Shown piece by piece: positions 48,128 through 62,744 of a stretch of DNA of 64,000 bases. Every line of letters starts with the position of its first letter. Within the stretch, counting starts at the first letter, position 1. The DNA comes from Octopus sinensis (lineage: Eukaryota). Location of the stretch: positions 23,684,001 through 23,748,000 of the forward strand of contig NC_043005.1 of the NCBI RefSeq assembly GCF_006345805.1. Direction: 5' to 3'. A model generated the notes under the pieces. It searched no databases. It was not told where the DNA came from and worked only from the letters and a program-made list of their open reading frames with translations. Position numbers and translations under genes: made by a program.

Positions 48128-48542
48128 AAGTAGTTACTTACCAACCATATGATTCCGGGTTCATTCCCACTGCATGGCACCTTAGGCAAGTGTCTTCTAC
48201 TATAGCCTCGGGCCGACCAAAACCTTGTGAGTGGATTTGGTAAACGGAGACTGAAAGAAGCCCGTCGTACATATATATATATATGTATGTGTGTGTATAT
48301 GTTTGTGTGTCTATGTTTGTCCCCCCAACATCACTTGACGACCGATGGTTGTGTGTTTACGTCCCTGTCACTTAGCGGTTCAGCAAAAGTGACCGATAGA
48401 GTAAGTACTAGGCGTCCAAAGAATAAGTCCCGGGGTCGATGTGCTCGACTAAAGGCGGTGCTCCATCATGGCCGCAGTCAAATGACTAAAACAAGTAAAA
48501 GAGTAAAGAGTAAACATCGTATGCATATTCATCCCTAAACAA

Positions 48543-48605
<63 letters not shown>

Positions 48606-48713
48606 AAAAAGGAGATGTGGAACACGAGTTGTGATATATAAAAAAAAGGAAATGAAGAAAATGCTGACAAAATAATTTAAGTAAGAGAGAGTGTATTTAA
48701 TTAGGTGAAAGTT

Positions 48714-48751
48714 CTTTTTACCGGTTGCGCATTTGTTATGCTTATCAAAAG
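48714..48751 (-). ncRNA. Decayed minimal hammerhead motif
   Basis: Minus strand CTT-TTGATAA-GCAT-aacaa-ATGC-GCAA-CCGG-TA-AAAAG; architecture retained but three core substitutions. Confidence 0.4.
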
Positions 48752-48800
48752 ATATTTTTTAAAGAGAGATAGAGTTCCTTTCTGATAGATTTTTTCTCTT

Positions 48801-49256
48801 ATCTTGAAGCGTTGCTGTGACTTCTGTCTCGTTTACGTCGGAGTTTATTATACACGCCTGGTCAAGTGGGAAGGCTTCAGCGTCTCGACAGTTACAACTG
48901 GGAGTGGGCTCATGTGGGTGCTAACAAGTGATAATGTTCTTCATATGAGTACCTTTTCAACACTGATATATATGTGTGTGTGTGTGTTGGTTTCAAATTT
49001 TGATGCTAGGCGAGCCAGTTCAGGGGAGTGTGTTGGTTTCAAATTTTGATGCTAGGTGAGCCAGTTTCAGGGGAGCGGGTACAGAGACCCTCAGTGTTGA
49101 AAAGGTACTCATATGAAGAACATTATCACTTGTTAGCACCCACATGAGCCCACTCCCAGTTGTAACTGTCGAGACGCTGAAGCCTTCCCACTTGACCAGG
49201 CGTGTATAATAAACTCCGACGTAAACGAGACAGAAGTCACAGCAACGCTTCAAGAT
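48801..49256. repeat. 166-bp inverted repeat (48801-48966 vs 49091-49256); spacer holds a ~45-bp tandem duplication
   Basis: ORFs 48804(+) and 49020(-) share an identical 55-aa translation. Confidence 0.95.
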
Positions 49257-49950
49257 TACCTATCCGTAAAGAAAAATTACATCGGGTTATGTGAAGGCGA
49301 TTTCAAAAGACGTTACGCAAACCATCTATTTTCTTTCCGGCATATCGACAAAAGTAAAGTCACTAAGTTGACTAACCACATATGAGATTTGAAGACCAAT
49401 GGACCACACATTGAATCAGTGGAGAATCGTAGAGAGATTCATGCTATATGTTAATGGATCTAAGAAATGCAAATTATGCGTAGCTGAAAGATCACATATT
49501 CTTTTTAGATCTAAGAATTTTACCAAACTACTGAATTCCGGATCCGAAATTCTCAGTAAGTGCATATATATGGACAAATTTCTTTTGGCGAAGTGGAGGA
49601 CCCCTCCCCCTTAATTGAACAGCTCTCTCAAAGACTGTGAACCCCTCTCGCTTGAATTAATCTACAACAATTAGCTAAATTATGGCTTCACGTCAATGGG
49701 TACATAACTCTGAAATTCTTTTCTTTTTCCGTTTTTATTCACCCTTTCAATTTTTGCATCTACCTTCTTGTTTATTTTTATGAATTTTTTTTGTACCAGC
49801 ATCCTGATTTGCAAATTCAACAAACCCTGTGCTGAGAGCCCGATGATTGTTTGGAAATACACGGCTTGTTATAAAAACCTGCCTAGACCCGCGTCTCCAA
49901 TGCAAGGAACTGTTAGTAGCTCGTATCTTTATACTATGTACATTAAATGA
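49091..49950 (+). mobile_element. Decayed Penelope-like element 3' fragment (GIY-YIG, second family)
   Basis: CNCRDAEAFPLDQAC...NYIGLCEGDFKRRYANHLFSFRH...KCKLCVAE..HIL...LLNSGSEILSKC; the 3' boundary is approximate. Confidence 0.85.
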
Positions 49951-50059
49951 TATTTATTTTTCACCGGATAGAATACTTCTTTCGTTGATCTGACCATATC
50001 GGAACAGTAAGCTATACATACATACATACATACATACATACATACATACATACATACAT

Positions 50060-50430
50060 ACCAGGTTTATACCTGTAATTATTGGGACCCTGGGATAATT
50101 AACACACTGCCTAAATACCAATATTGAGAAATTAAGCTTCTTAAAACCAGAAAGGAGAAAGCTAATTCGAAGACTACAGATCCAATTCATCATTGGAACT
50201 GTAAAAATCTGTAAAACTTTCCAGAAGTTTATCATTTAAATATATATGAGCATGTCTAGACATGTGACTATATGCATGAAAATACATAAAACATACAAAT
50301 CTGAACATACATACATACAAAAATACCCAGCTGTTGATGTTGAAATTCCAATGAAGGAACCTTGGAACTAGGTTAGAAAGCGGTTCTTTGTCTATTGGAA
50401 AGAAATCTTGAAATAAACTGAGTAATGACA
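50060..50430 (+). mobile_element. RLE non-LTR retrotransposon 3' end between (TACA)n tracts
   Basis: RFIPVIIGTLG...KLIRRLQIQFIIGTVKICKTFQKFII*, then a UTR ending in GACATACATACATAC; (TACA)n also at the 5' junction. Confidence 0.75.
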
Positions 50431-51209
50431 TACATACATACATGCATGCATATGCACGTACATACATACATACATACATGCAAACAGACAGACGTACGTA
50501 CACACAAACACACACACACACGTACGCACATATACATAGACATACATATACATGTGCATATATACATATATATATATATGTATGTATATATGTGTATATA
50601 CGCGTGCTTATGCACATGCATGAATGTACATACACACGTTTGTACATATATGTATGTATGTGTAGCATATCACCTTACATATATGTATATATATATATAT
50701 ACACACATACATCCCTATACATATAATATATATATATATATATATACACACACATATATATATATACGTATGTATGTAAATATATTATATGCATTATATA
50801 CATGTGTGTGTGTATATCTATGTGTATGGATTGTGTATTTGTATATATTCACAAACATGCATACACACACTATCATAGACATGCATGCACACACGTACAT
50901 TTCCATGCATATGTACATGTACGCATATCACTTCAATAAAAGCATGTTCTCTACATTAATTAGACACTCTATGAATATGCATTAAGTTAGTCCTGGAAAC
51001 TGATTATTATTTCATTGCAGAAGGTGAATAAATACAATGGCATTGATTATAACTACACTGACAATTACGTTTCTCTTCATTCATACATGGTGTGTCAGTT
51101 TCCTGTGTAATTCCAACAACCATAAAATAAACAATAACAGCAGCAGCAGCAGCAGTAGCAGCAGCAACAACAGCAACAACAACAACAATGATACTTTTTC
51201 TTTCTAATT

Positions 51210-51411
51210 TTGGAACAATGCCGGCAATTTTGAGAGAAGAGGACAAGTCGATTGCATTGACCCCCGTACTGGTACATATTTTTTTATCGACCCCGAAAGG
51301 ATTTAAGGATAAGTCGACTTCGGCGGAACTTGAACTCAGAACGTAAAGAGCCGGACGAAATGACGCTAAGTATTTTATCCGGCTGTCAGCGATTCTGCTT
51401 GCTCGCCGCCT
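51210..51411 (-). mobile_element. SINE family B
   Basis: ATCGACCCCGAAAGGA...AAGTCGACTTCGGCGGAACTTGAACTCAGAACG...GCTCGCCGCCTT. Confidence 0.85.
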
Positions 51412-51413
51412 TC

Positions 51414-51472
<59 letters not shown>

Positions 51473-51500
51473 TATAATAATGATAATAATAATAATTATT

Positions 51501-54500
51501 AATAGGTCAGATATAGTTGTCACAGATCATGAAAAAAAAATGCTTTCTAATTGATGTATCAATATCAGCAGATGGCAACGTTTCTCTAAAAGAAATGGAG
51601 AAACTTTCAAAATACAAAGACCTGGAAATAGAGGTAACTCGAATGTGGAATCTAAAAACAGAAACAATTTACAGGCCTCCCCAGGCACCTCTAAAGTACT
51701 TTGAAGAGTGCCTTAGCAAAGTCAAGTCCTTCCTTCGGAAGTACCACTCCGGAAACATAATAGTGATGGGTGATTTTAACCTCCCTCATGTGAACTGGCC
51801 CACAAATACTCCGAAGTTGGGCAAGTGCTCTACATCAGATAGGGCAGCAGCAGAACTGCTCTTTAATCTGATGGATGAGTATTTCCTGACTCAGCTAGTG
51901 CTTGAACCAACGAGACAGAATAAAACGATCTTGGATCTGGTACTGACCAATCACTCTAGCTACGTTCACAGCATTTCAGTCGAAAAAACTCTCCTCTCAG
52001 ACCACGACATGGTACTCTGCAATCTTAATTCCCGACGTATAAAAACCAAACCAGCCAATCCCACTCCATGGCACCCATTTGACAACATAAATTTCCACAA
52101 AGCGGACTGGGGAACAATCAGAAAGGATCTGTCTTCCATCGACTGGTCTTTTACTCTCAATTCCCCTCATATTGAGACCGCGTGGCAGCACTTTGAAACC
52201 ATTGTCACCTACACATGCTCTAAACACGCTCCCAAGAAATCTACTAACACAAACAGAAACCGGCTCCCTAAAAAGAAAAAAACACTCATCAGGCGCATCA
52301 AAAGACTCAACAAAAAAATCAACCAATTAAAATATTCCCACACGCAACATCCACATTCAACAACAATGAAAAGACTGGAGCTGGAAAAACTTCATCTGCA
52401 GACTAACATGAAAACCTCCATTGAAAATCAAAGAGCTGTGGAGGAACAATGGGTAATCAAAAACATCAAACAGAACCCAAAAGTGTTCTATTCTTATGCA
52501 AATAAGCATAGAACCACTGTCTCACCTATTGGGCCATTGATTGATGAAAACGGCATTCCCCAACACGATGCTAAAGAAATGGCAGAAATACTGCAGAAAC
52601 AATGTTGCTCTGTCTTCAGTGTTCCCACTGATATTGATGTGAGGGAAACGAACGAAGCTGACTCCCAACTCAAAATCGCAGACATAACCTTCACTGCCAC
52701 CGACATCGTAGCAGCAATAAATGAGGTCAAACATTACTCCGCTGTAGGCCCTGATAGATTTCCCGCCAGTCTCCTGAAGGAATGTAGATATCAACTTGCA
52801 GTCCCTCTGACCAACCTCTGGAGAAACTCGTTAGACGCAGGTTATATACCGAAAAAGTTTCTATCCCAGTCGGTCATCCCGGTTTTCAAACAGGGAAACA
52901 GATCCCTCGCAGTCAACTATCGCCCAATCTCACTCACCTCCCACATCATTAAAGTGTTTGAAAGAGTGTTAAGATCAAGGATAGCTGACTTCCTGGAGAC
53001 CCACAAACTCCTAAATTCAAATCAACATGGCTTTCGCTGTGGCAGGGACTGTCTAACACAGCTCTTACACCACATTGAAGATGTACTCAAAGCCTTGGGA
53101 ACAGGTTCGAACTCTGACGTCATATACCTTGACTTCAGTAAAGCGTTCGACAGGGTAGACCATAACATCCTACTCTCAAAATTGGCAAATGTTGGAATCC
53201 GTGGAAAAGTTCTACACTGGATTCAGTATTTCCTAGCGAATAGAACACAACATGTAGTTGATGGAGTCCACTCAAACCCAGCAAAAGTCACCAGCGGTGT
53301 TCCCCAGGGAACTGTTTTGGGTCCGCTACTCTTCATAATTTATGTAAACGACCTTTCCAGTGTCGTACATCACTGCAAAGTGAAAATATTCGCTGATGAC
53401 ACTAAGCTCCAGCAAATCGTTAATGAAGAAGCAGACCGAACTCAACTCCAGTCTGACCTATATGCTGTGAGTCAATGGGCAGACAGAAACAAAATGCAAC
53501 TGAATGAGGGAAAATTTGAGCTGATGCATTTTGGAAGAAATTCCTCACTAAAACAACCATACTCTCTTCCTTCAGGGGAACCGCTCACAGCCTCTAACAA
53601 TATCAGAGACCTGGGTGTAATTGTTGATGACGATCTCAGTTGGAGTGCACACATCAACAAGAAGGTCGATACAGCTCGTAGGATGAGTTCCTAGATCTTA
53701 AGAACTTTCCGGTCCAGAGAACAAGGTGTCATCATACCACTTTTTTCATCCTTTGTACGGCCACACCTTGAATACTGCTGCCCACTGTGGTCTCCTCACA
53801 CAAGACAAAACATCTCCAGAATTGAGTCACCCCAGAGGGCTCTCACTAAACAAATTGAAGGCATGGCTGCTCTCGACTATTGGGATCGCCTTAAAGCCTT
53901 GAAACTTTACTCCCTCCAGCGTCGCCGTGAGCGGTACATCATTTGTACGATGTGGAAAATATACCGCCAACTTTGCCCAAACGACCTAAACATTAGCTTC
54001 AAGGTTCATCCGAGACTTGGACCACGGGCTATACGTCCCCTGCCAAATTCAAGATCACAACATACATGTACACTGCAACATAATTTCTTTTCCTCAACAG
54101 GCCCTGCCCTATTTAACATTGTCCCGAGGGAGATCAAAGAGGAAAAGGATCCCATCAACTTCAAACAGAGTCTGGGTAGATTCCTTCAAAGAATACCAGA
54201 TAAGCCACCCATAATTGGATACAACTCACCCAACAAGAACTCACTACTTGAACAAAACTGGATACAACTCACCCAACAAGAACTCACTACTTGAACAAAA
54301 CTTGACTTAAACAGGATTCGAATAATCCTATCAGGTGGTGCTATTAAGTTAGACATGGCCTGGACCAATCTCTGGTCGAAACATATCTAAGTTCTAAGTT
54401 CTAAGTTTTATCATAGTAGGTGCATTAGGCAGGATAAAAAAATATTCAGACAATTACATAACAAAAACTTTAGGACTTACAAATATATACAACATACAGA

Positions 54501-54650
54501 AAATTGCTCTACTGGGCACTGCACACATCCTACGCAAAACACTTTCAATACAGTAACCGCAAGAGCATCACAGCAAACCACAGCACATACCCAAGGCGCA
54601 CAGAGCTGCGCTCGGTAGTGAAGTGAAAGCACGCTATAAAAATAAAACTA

Positions 54651-54652
<2 letters not shown>
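51501..54652 (+). mobile_element. R4/Dong-like RLE 3' fragment in (TAA)n, split by a CR1-like insertion
   Basis: NRSDIVVTD...CFLIDVSI...EKLSKYKDLEIEVTRMWNLKTETI (to 51669) resumes at ~54410 as IIVGALG...IQKIALLGTAHILRKTLSIQ*. Confidence 0.9.
51668..54407 (+). mobile_element. Young CR1-clade LINE, 5'-truncated ORF2 (APE-RT), one in-frame stop
   Basis: YRPP, MGDFN, LDLVLTN, SDH, YRPISLTS, YLDFSKAFD, GVPQGTVLGPLLF, FADD, RDLGV; TAG at 53692-53694 where Trp is expected; the frame continues to 54294; tail (TCTAAGT)x3. Confidence 0.97.
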
Positions 54653-54705
<53 letters not shown>

Positions 54706-54749
54706 CTACTGAATAATAATAATAATGATAATAATAATAATAATAACCC

Positions 54750-55025
54750 AAAATGTCAGAAATAACCCAAAATGGTGAAATTCAAAAGATAGTGCTCATG
54801 GGAACTGCTCATATCCTACGCAAAATACTCTCTATGTAATCCCAAGGTTTAAAACAAACTTTTTTTTTATGTATTAGACATTCACTAGTACAACACCAAA
54901 AAAACCCCCAAATATATGGCACACTAGGCATAACAACAACGTGAACTTCCAACCTGTTGTCTCTTGAGGTCTTTGGGTGAGACTTGGAGCCAACTTGTAC
55001 AGACATAAAGCAAAAGTCAAACATA

Positions 55026-55118
<93 letters not shown>

Positions 55119-55262
55119 TAATAATGATAGAGCCCAGTAGAACTTACAAAAGGTTTGCCTCCTTAGCGAATAGCATGGTACCGTAGGCTGCAGGTAATAA
55201 GCCTACTACGCATACAAGACTCCAAAAGCTCAAAAAAAAAAAACTGTGATAAAGAGAAAATA
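54750..55262 (+). mobile_element. Cluster of very short RLE-LINE 3' ends in (TAA)n arrays
   Basis: IQKIVLMGTAHILRKILSM* (~54780-54839); 55135-55260 matches the 3' end of the 11680-12822 element (CATGGTACCGTAGGCTGCAGGTA...TGTGATAAAGAGAAAA). Confidence 0.75.
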
Positions 55263-56393
55263 ATAATAATAATAATAATCATAGCACTAAGAATCTAGAA
55301 AAGAACAAGACCCCCAATTTACTCCAAATAGACAAGTCACTAAACAATGTGAGCGGGAGGAGGACTCGCCATCACTACTCCACTCATCTTGACACACATA
55401 ATTAATCATTCTTAATTCTAACAGTCAGTCTAAAGCTACGCTGTTATTGTAGATCATTAGCCACGATAATGTCGTCGCTCTCACTCATCTTTCGTGTTAT
55501 TGGAGGGTGGCATTTCCATCTCTCCACTCACCCATTCATGTTGTACTAGAAGAATTTGATGAGCACTTGTCCAATGAGTGAACGCTTTGTCCTCAAACTT
55601 TGTCCACATCTGATGATATAAACTAGCAAATTAACAACGCATGGATGCTGAACGAGTCCGTTTTGGACGGTTTTGTCGACTTGCGCACATCTCAGAGATA
55701 TTCGGCTACCAGTGACACCGACACGGCAATGAGGAGTGATTGCAGAGTTTATCACGAACAAACAATATATCCCTCCCTTCTAAGAATGGTAACCCAAGGA
55801 CGTTTGCAAATTATCCATAATAAGTGACCTGAAATATCACCTAGGAGACTCTTCAGAATATCCTAGTTGGTGTTTAGAATCGCTCCGAAGCAATTGCCAC
55901 TCGTATATTCCATTAACTCTCTTTATAATGCGATGGTAGACTTTCCATCGACCATACGGTCCAGTTGGTAAAGTGAAATAAGAATAACACGAATGATGTG
56001 ACGTTGACAATAGAAACAAAGATTAAAATAACATGCAGACAAAAGTCACAAGAATTACAAATATATGCAACATACAAAAGAGCCCAGCATTACTAGGTGC
56101 TGCAAACACTTTACGTAGAATACTGTCAATACAATATAAATAGAAAACCAAAAACAATGTATTGCACATATGGAAGAAATTCAGAGCCGCCATTTGTAGT
56201 GCAGTGAATGCGTTCTATGAAGAATAATAACGATAATAATAATTATAGCAATAGTTAAATAATAGAAATAGCAATGATTGCAATTATAATAATAATAATA
56301 ACATATCATTGTTGAAGAGGAATATGATTATATTATAAATATAAGGTACAATTGCATTTATGATAATGAATATACACGTTCGCACAGATACAG

Positions 56394-56525
<132 letters not shown>

Positions 56526-56526
56526 G

Positions 56527-59032
<2,506 letters not shown>

Positions 59033-59355
59033 GCCTGTCTCTCTGTTTACCTGCCCGCCTACCTGTCTGACTGTCTTTCACCCTCTTTCTGAATATGTTT
59101 ATGCCATGGAATCTCCCAAAACTAGGCATTATCCATGCCTTAAATGACTACCTATGAAGAAAACCAACCAATATCAATGTAAGTAATCTCAACAAATCAT
59201 GAATCAACAAACACTTTGCTCTTTAATAGAATGAAAGACAACTCAAAATAACGAGACTGAGATATAGAAAATTCACGTGAAAAACATAAACGCTGCCTGG
59301 GAACATATATACATATGTATACATACATACATTCATACATAGATACATACATACA

Positions 59356-59386
<31 letters not shown>

Positions 59387-59394
59387 GTACATAC

Positions 59395-59435
<41 letters not shown>

Positions 59436-59534
59436 CACACACACACACACCCACACACACACATACATATATATGCATACATATATACATGCATACATAC
59501 ATATATACATATATTCATACATACATATACATAC

Positions 59535-59596
<62 letters not shown>

Positions 59597-60110
59597 CTTT
59601 TCTATATGTTTGTATATGTATATATGTATACATATACCTATATACATATTTGTATACATATACATATATATATTCATACATACATGAATACACACGCACA
59701 CACATGTATATGTGTGTGTACACACAACAAACATAGATAATTCTCTCTACACCTCCCAATATACTTTTTAACGCACGTACACATGGATACATTACCTATA
59801 TACAGTCCCACACTCATATATATATGCATATATGTATATGTATACACACACGCGCACACACGTACACAAACACATACACACATATAAGTACATGATAATA
59901 GTTATGTTTTCAAATAAAAATCATCAACGGAGAGAAAAAAAAAAACTCAATATAAACATGAAGTAACGTATATTTATTCCAACTAAATAATTTGATGCAC
60001 TTCAAGCATCGTCTGTCGATTTTTCAAACATTATGGTAAAGTATTCAGAGCAATTGAGAATTTATACACACGCACACACACACACACACACACACTCATA
60101 CACATTTTGA

Positions 60111-60188
<78 letters not shown>

Positions 60189-60909
60189 CTTTCTTTCTTT
60201 CTTTCTATCTATCTATTTACATGTATGTACGATGAATGTGTGTGTGCGTGCATGCGCGCATGCGTTTGTGTTTGTTATAAATTCAACGCGGAGTTGGAAA
60301 AGTTCCAGTAAATGCTATTAGGTACGCCTTAATATTTATATAAAGAAACAATTTTTGTCCACAATTAGATTTGATTGAAATTAATGCTTTTATTTCATTG
60401 AGTGACCTCCACTTTTATCTCTTACACTGGAGGCAACGGAGGTACGCGAGAAGTGAGTACATATATTACACTATTACCATCAATTCAAATTCAACAAGAC
60501 TTTGTTTTGTTTTTACTCTTAAATCAATATTTCTTATGGAATATACGATGTACTATTTCCACCTTCATATAGATTTCACTTTGTTCTAGCTTCTTCATAT
60601 TTATACCCAAGACATAATCTTTTATTAGTTTCATAAAATAATTACATAAAAGTCAGTATAATCTTTACAATCTTATTTTCTATTCAATTACAAAGCCGTT
60701 AGCATAAACCAAAGGTATTTACTTCTCCCCTCTTCTTCTTCATCTTCTTCATCTTCTTCATCTTCTTCATCTTCCTCATCTTCCTCATCTTCTTCTTCTT
60801 CTTCTTCTTCTTCTTCTTCTTCTTCTCCTCCCCTCCTTCTCCTCCCCTCCTTCTCCTCCCCCTCCTCCTCCCCTTCTTCTTCTCTTCTTCTTCTTCTCCT
60901 CCTCCTCTT

Positions 60910-60940
<31 letters not shown>

Positions 60941-62271
60941 ATCTAATATACCTACTTTGTTATGGAAATAGAAACAGTTTGTATTTAAATACAGTTATTT
61001 TTACATGCAGCATTTAATTAAAAAAAAAGTCTAATAATTTTCTTTGCACCCGCATGGCTTCTTTAAGTCCGTTCCTATTATCTACAAAGATGAAAGACAA
61101 ATTTTCTCACGTAGTACCTGCTTCCAGAGATTTTGTTTATCATCTCTGATAACTTTTTACTTCTCATTCTATTCTATTTCCATTCTATAACTTTAGTACT
61201 GCCACTTAAATTTTTCTTTTATACGGGTCTATATAATAACCAAGCTCCTAACTCACTGATCCTCCTGTATTTTCTTTCATCCAAAGCCAGGAAATGATCG
61301 AAAAAGAACGCCAGTGTAACCAGGAGAACCCTCGAAGCTATATACACTATACATGCTTTCATTCTGAGATATTAACTGAAAAATGCAATGTCTATGCTTA
61401 AGAACATTTAGGATTTAAAGGAAATGACATAAACATGATAATAAAATGGGAAATAATATTCTGGGTACTCACTTATATAAACACTTCCAGAATATTCTCC
61501 ATTTGCATCCCAGAAAAATACATCATTATCACGCAAATAAGATCATATCACGCTACAGATTATATCGACCACAGTGTTCAACTGGTATTTATTTTATCGA
61601 CCCCAGAAAGATGAAAGGCAAAGTTGCCCCCGGGGACATCCGAATCCAGAACATAAAGACAAAACCAATCAAATATTACAATAAAATATGTAAATTGTGC
61701 ACTGCGATTTTGTTTTCTATGTCCCTCCATTTTTTCAGTTAATTTCTACCTGTATTTACAATACAAATAATCACAAAAAGTTTAGTATAGAGCGTAACCC
61801 GTGAAACAGTCTATTGCAACATTAATACCATGTCTTGTTAGGTCCTATCTTATTTATTTTCAATATAGTGTATATTTTTGTACATATTTTAATATTTTTC
61901 TAATAATATTTTTCTAATATGTAAAACAGCAGTTTATACCAAATGTATCTAAAGACTTCAACAAACCGGATTCTTTATATTCTAGCCAACTATGATGGTC
62001 TTAAAATAACTCGACTAAAAAGAAGTAAATATAGAATGCTTCCGATTTTTCGTAAATAAAATTGTTCTTTCTCAAATAATAGTTACACATGAACTTTAAA
62101 ACTGTCATGTACAATTGTAAACATAGATGTCAAGGAAGTTAATCCACGGTATATCTCTTTTTATATGTTCGCCAGGAATTAAAACTTTTTATCTCCTTAC
62201 TCTACGTATATAAAAAAATAAAAACGAAACAAAGATACTTCGGAAAAATATTTTTTATAGGACTTTTTCTA

Positions 62272-62308
62272 TACTTCTGACGAAGAGCTCCGCTCGAAAC
62301 GTGAAATC
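62272..62308 (+). ncRNA. Minimal hammerhead ribozyme-like motif in a short repeat (related, deleted copy at ~935-1050, minus strand)
   Basis: CTT-CTGACGA-AGAGC-tcc-GCTC-GAAA-CG-TG-AAA; both core boxes intact, cleavage triplet GUG is non-canonical. Confidence 0.55.
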
Positions 62309-62423
62309 CTCTTTCTTTTCTTTACTTTCCTGAGCGTACTTATTCCACGTCCTCGCGTTGTTGTTTTTTCTTGTTTATTCTTGCTTGTTCATGTTTGGAT
62401 TAACTATATATATACATACATAC

Positions 62424-62478
<55 letters not shown>

Positions 62479-62486
62479 TATATATG

Positions 62487-62543
<57 letters not shown>

Positions 62544-62596
62544 ATATATATGTATATATATATATTGTGTATATATATATGTATATATATATGTAT

Positions 62597-62734
<138 letters not shown>

Positions 62735-62744
62735 TATATATATA

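Noticed and set aside
55500-55960. Moderately GC-rich stretch with short ORFs, possibly a decayed retroelement
   Set aside because: No motif could be identified with confidence in any frame.
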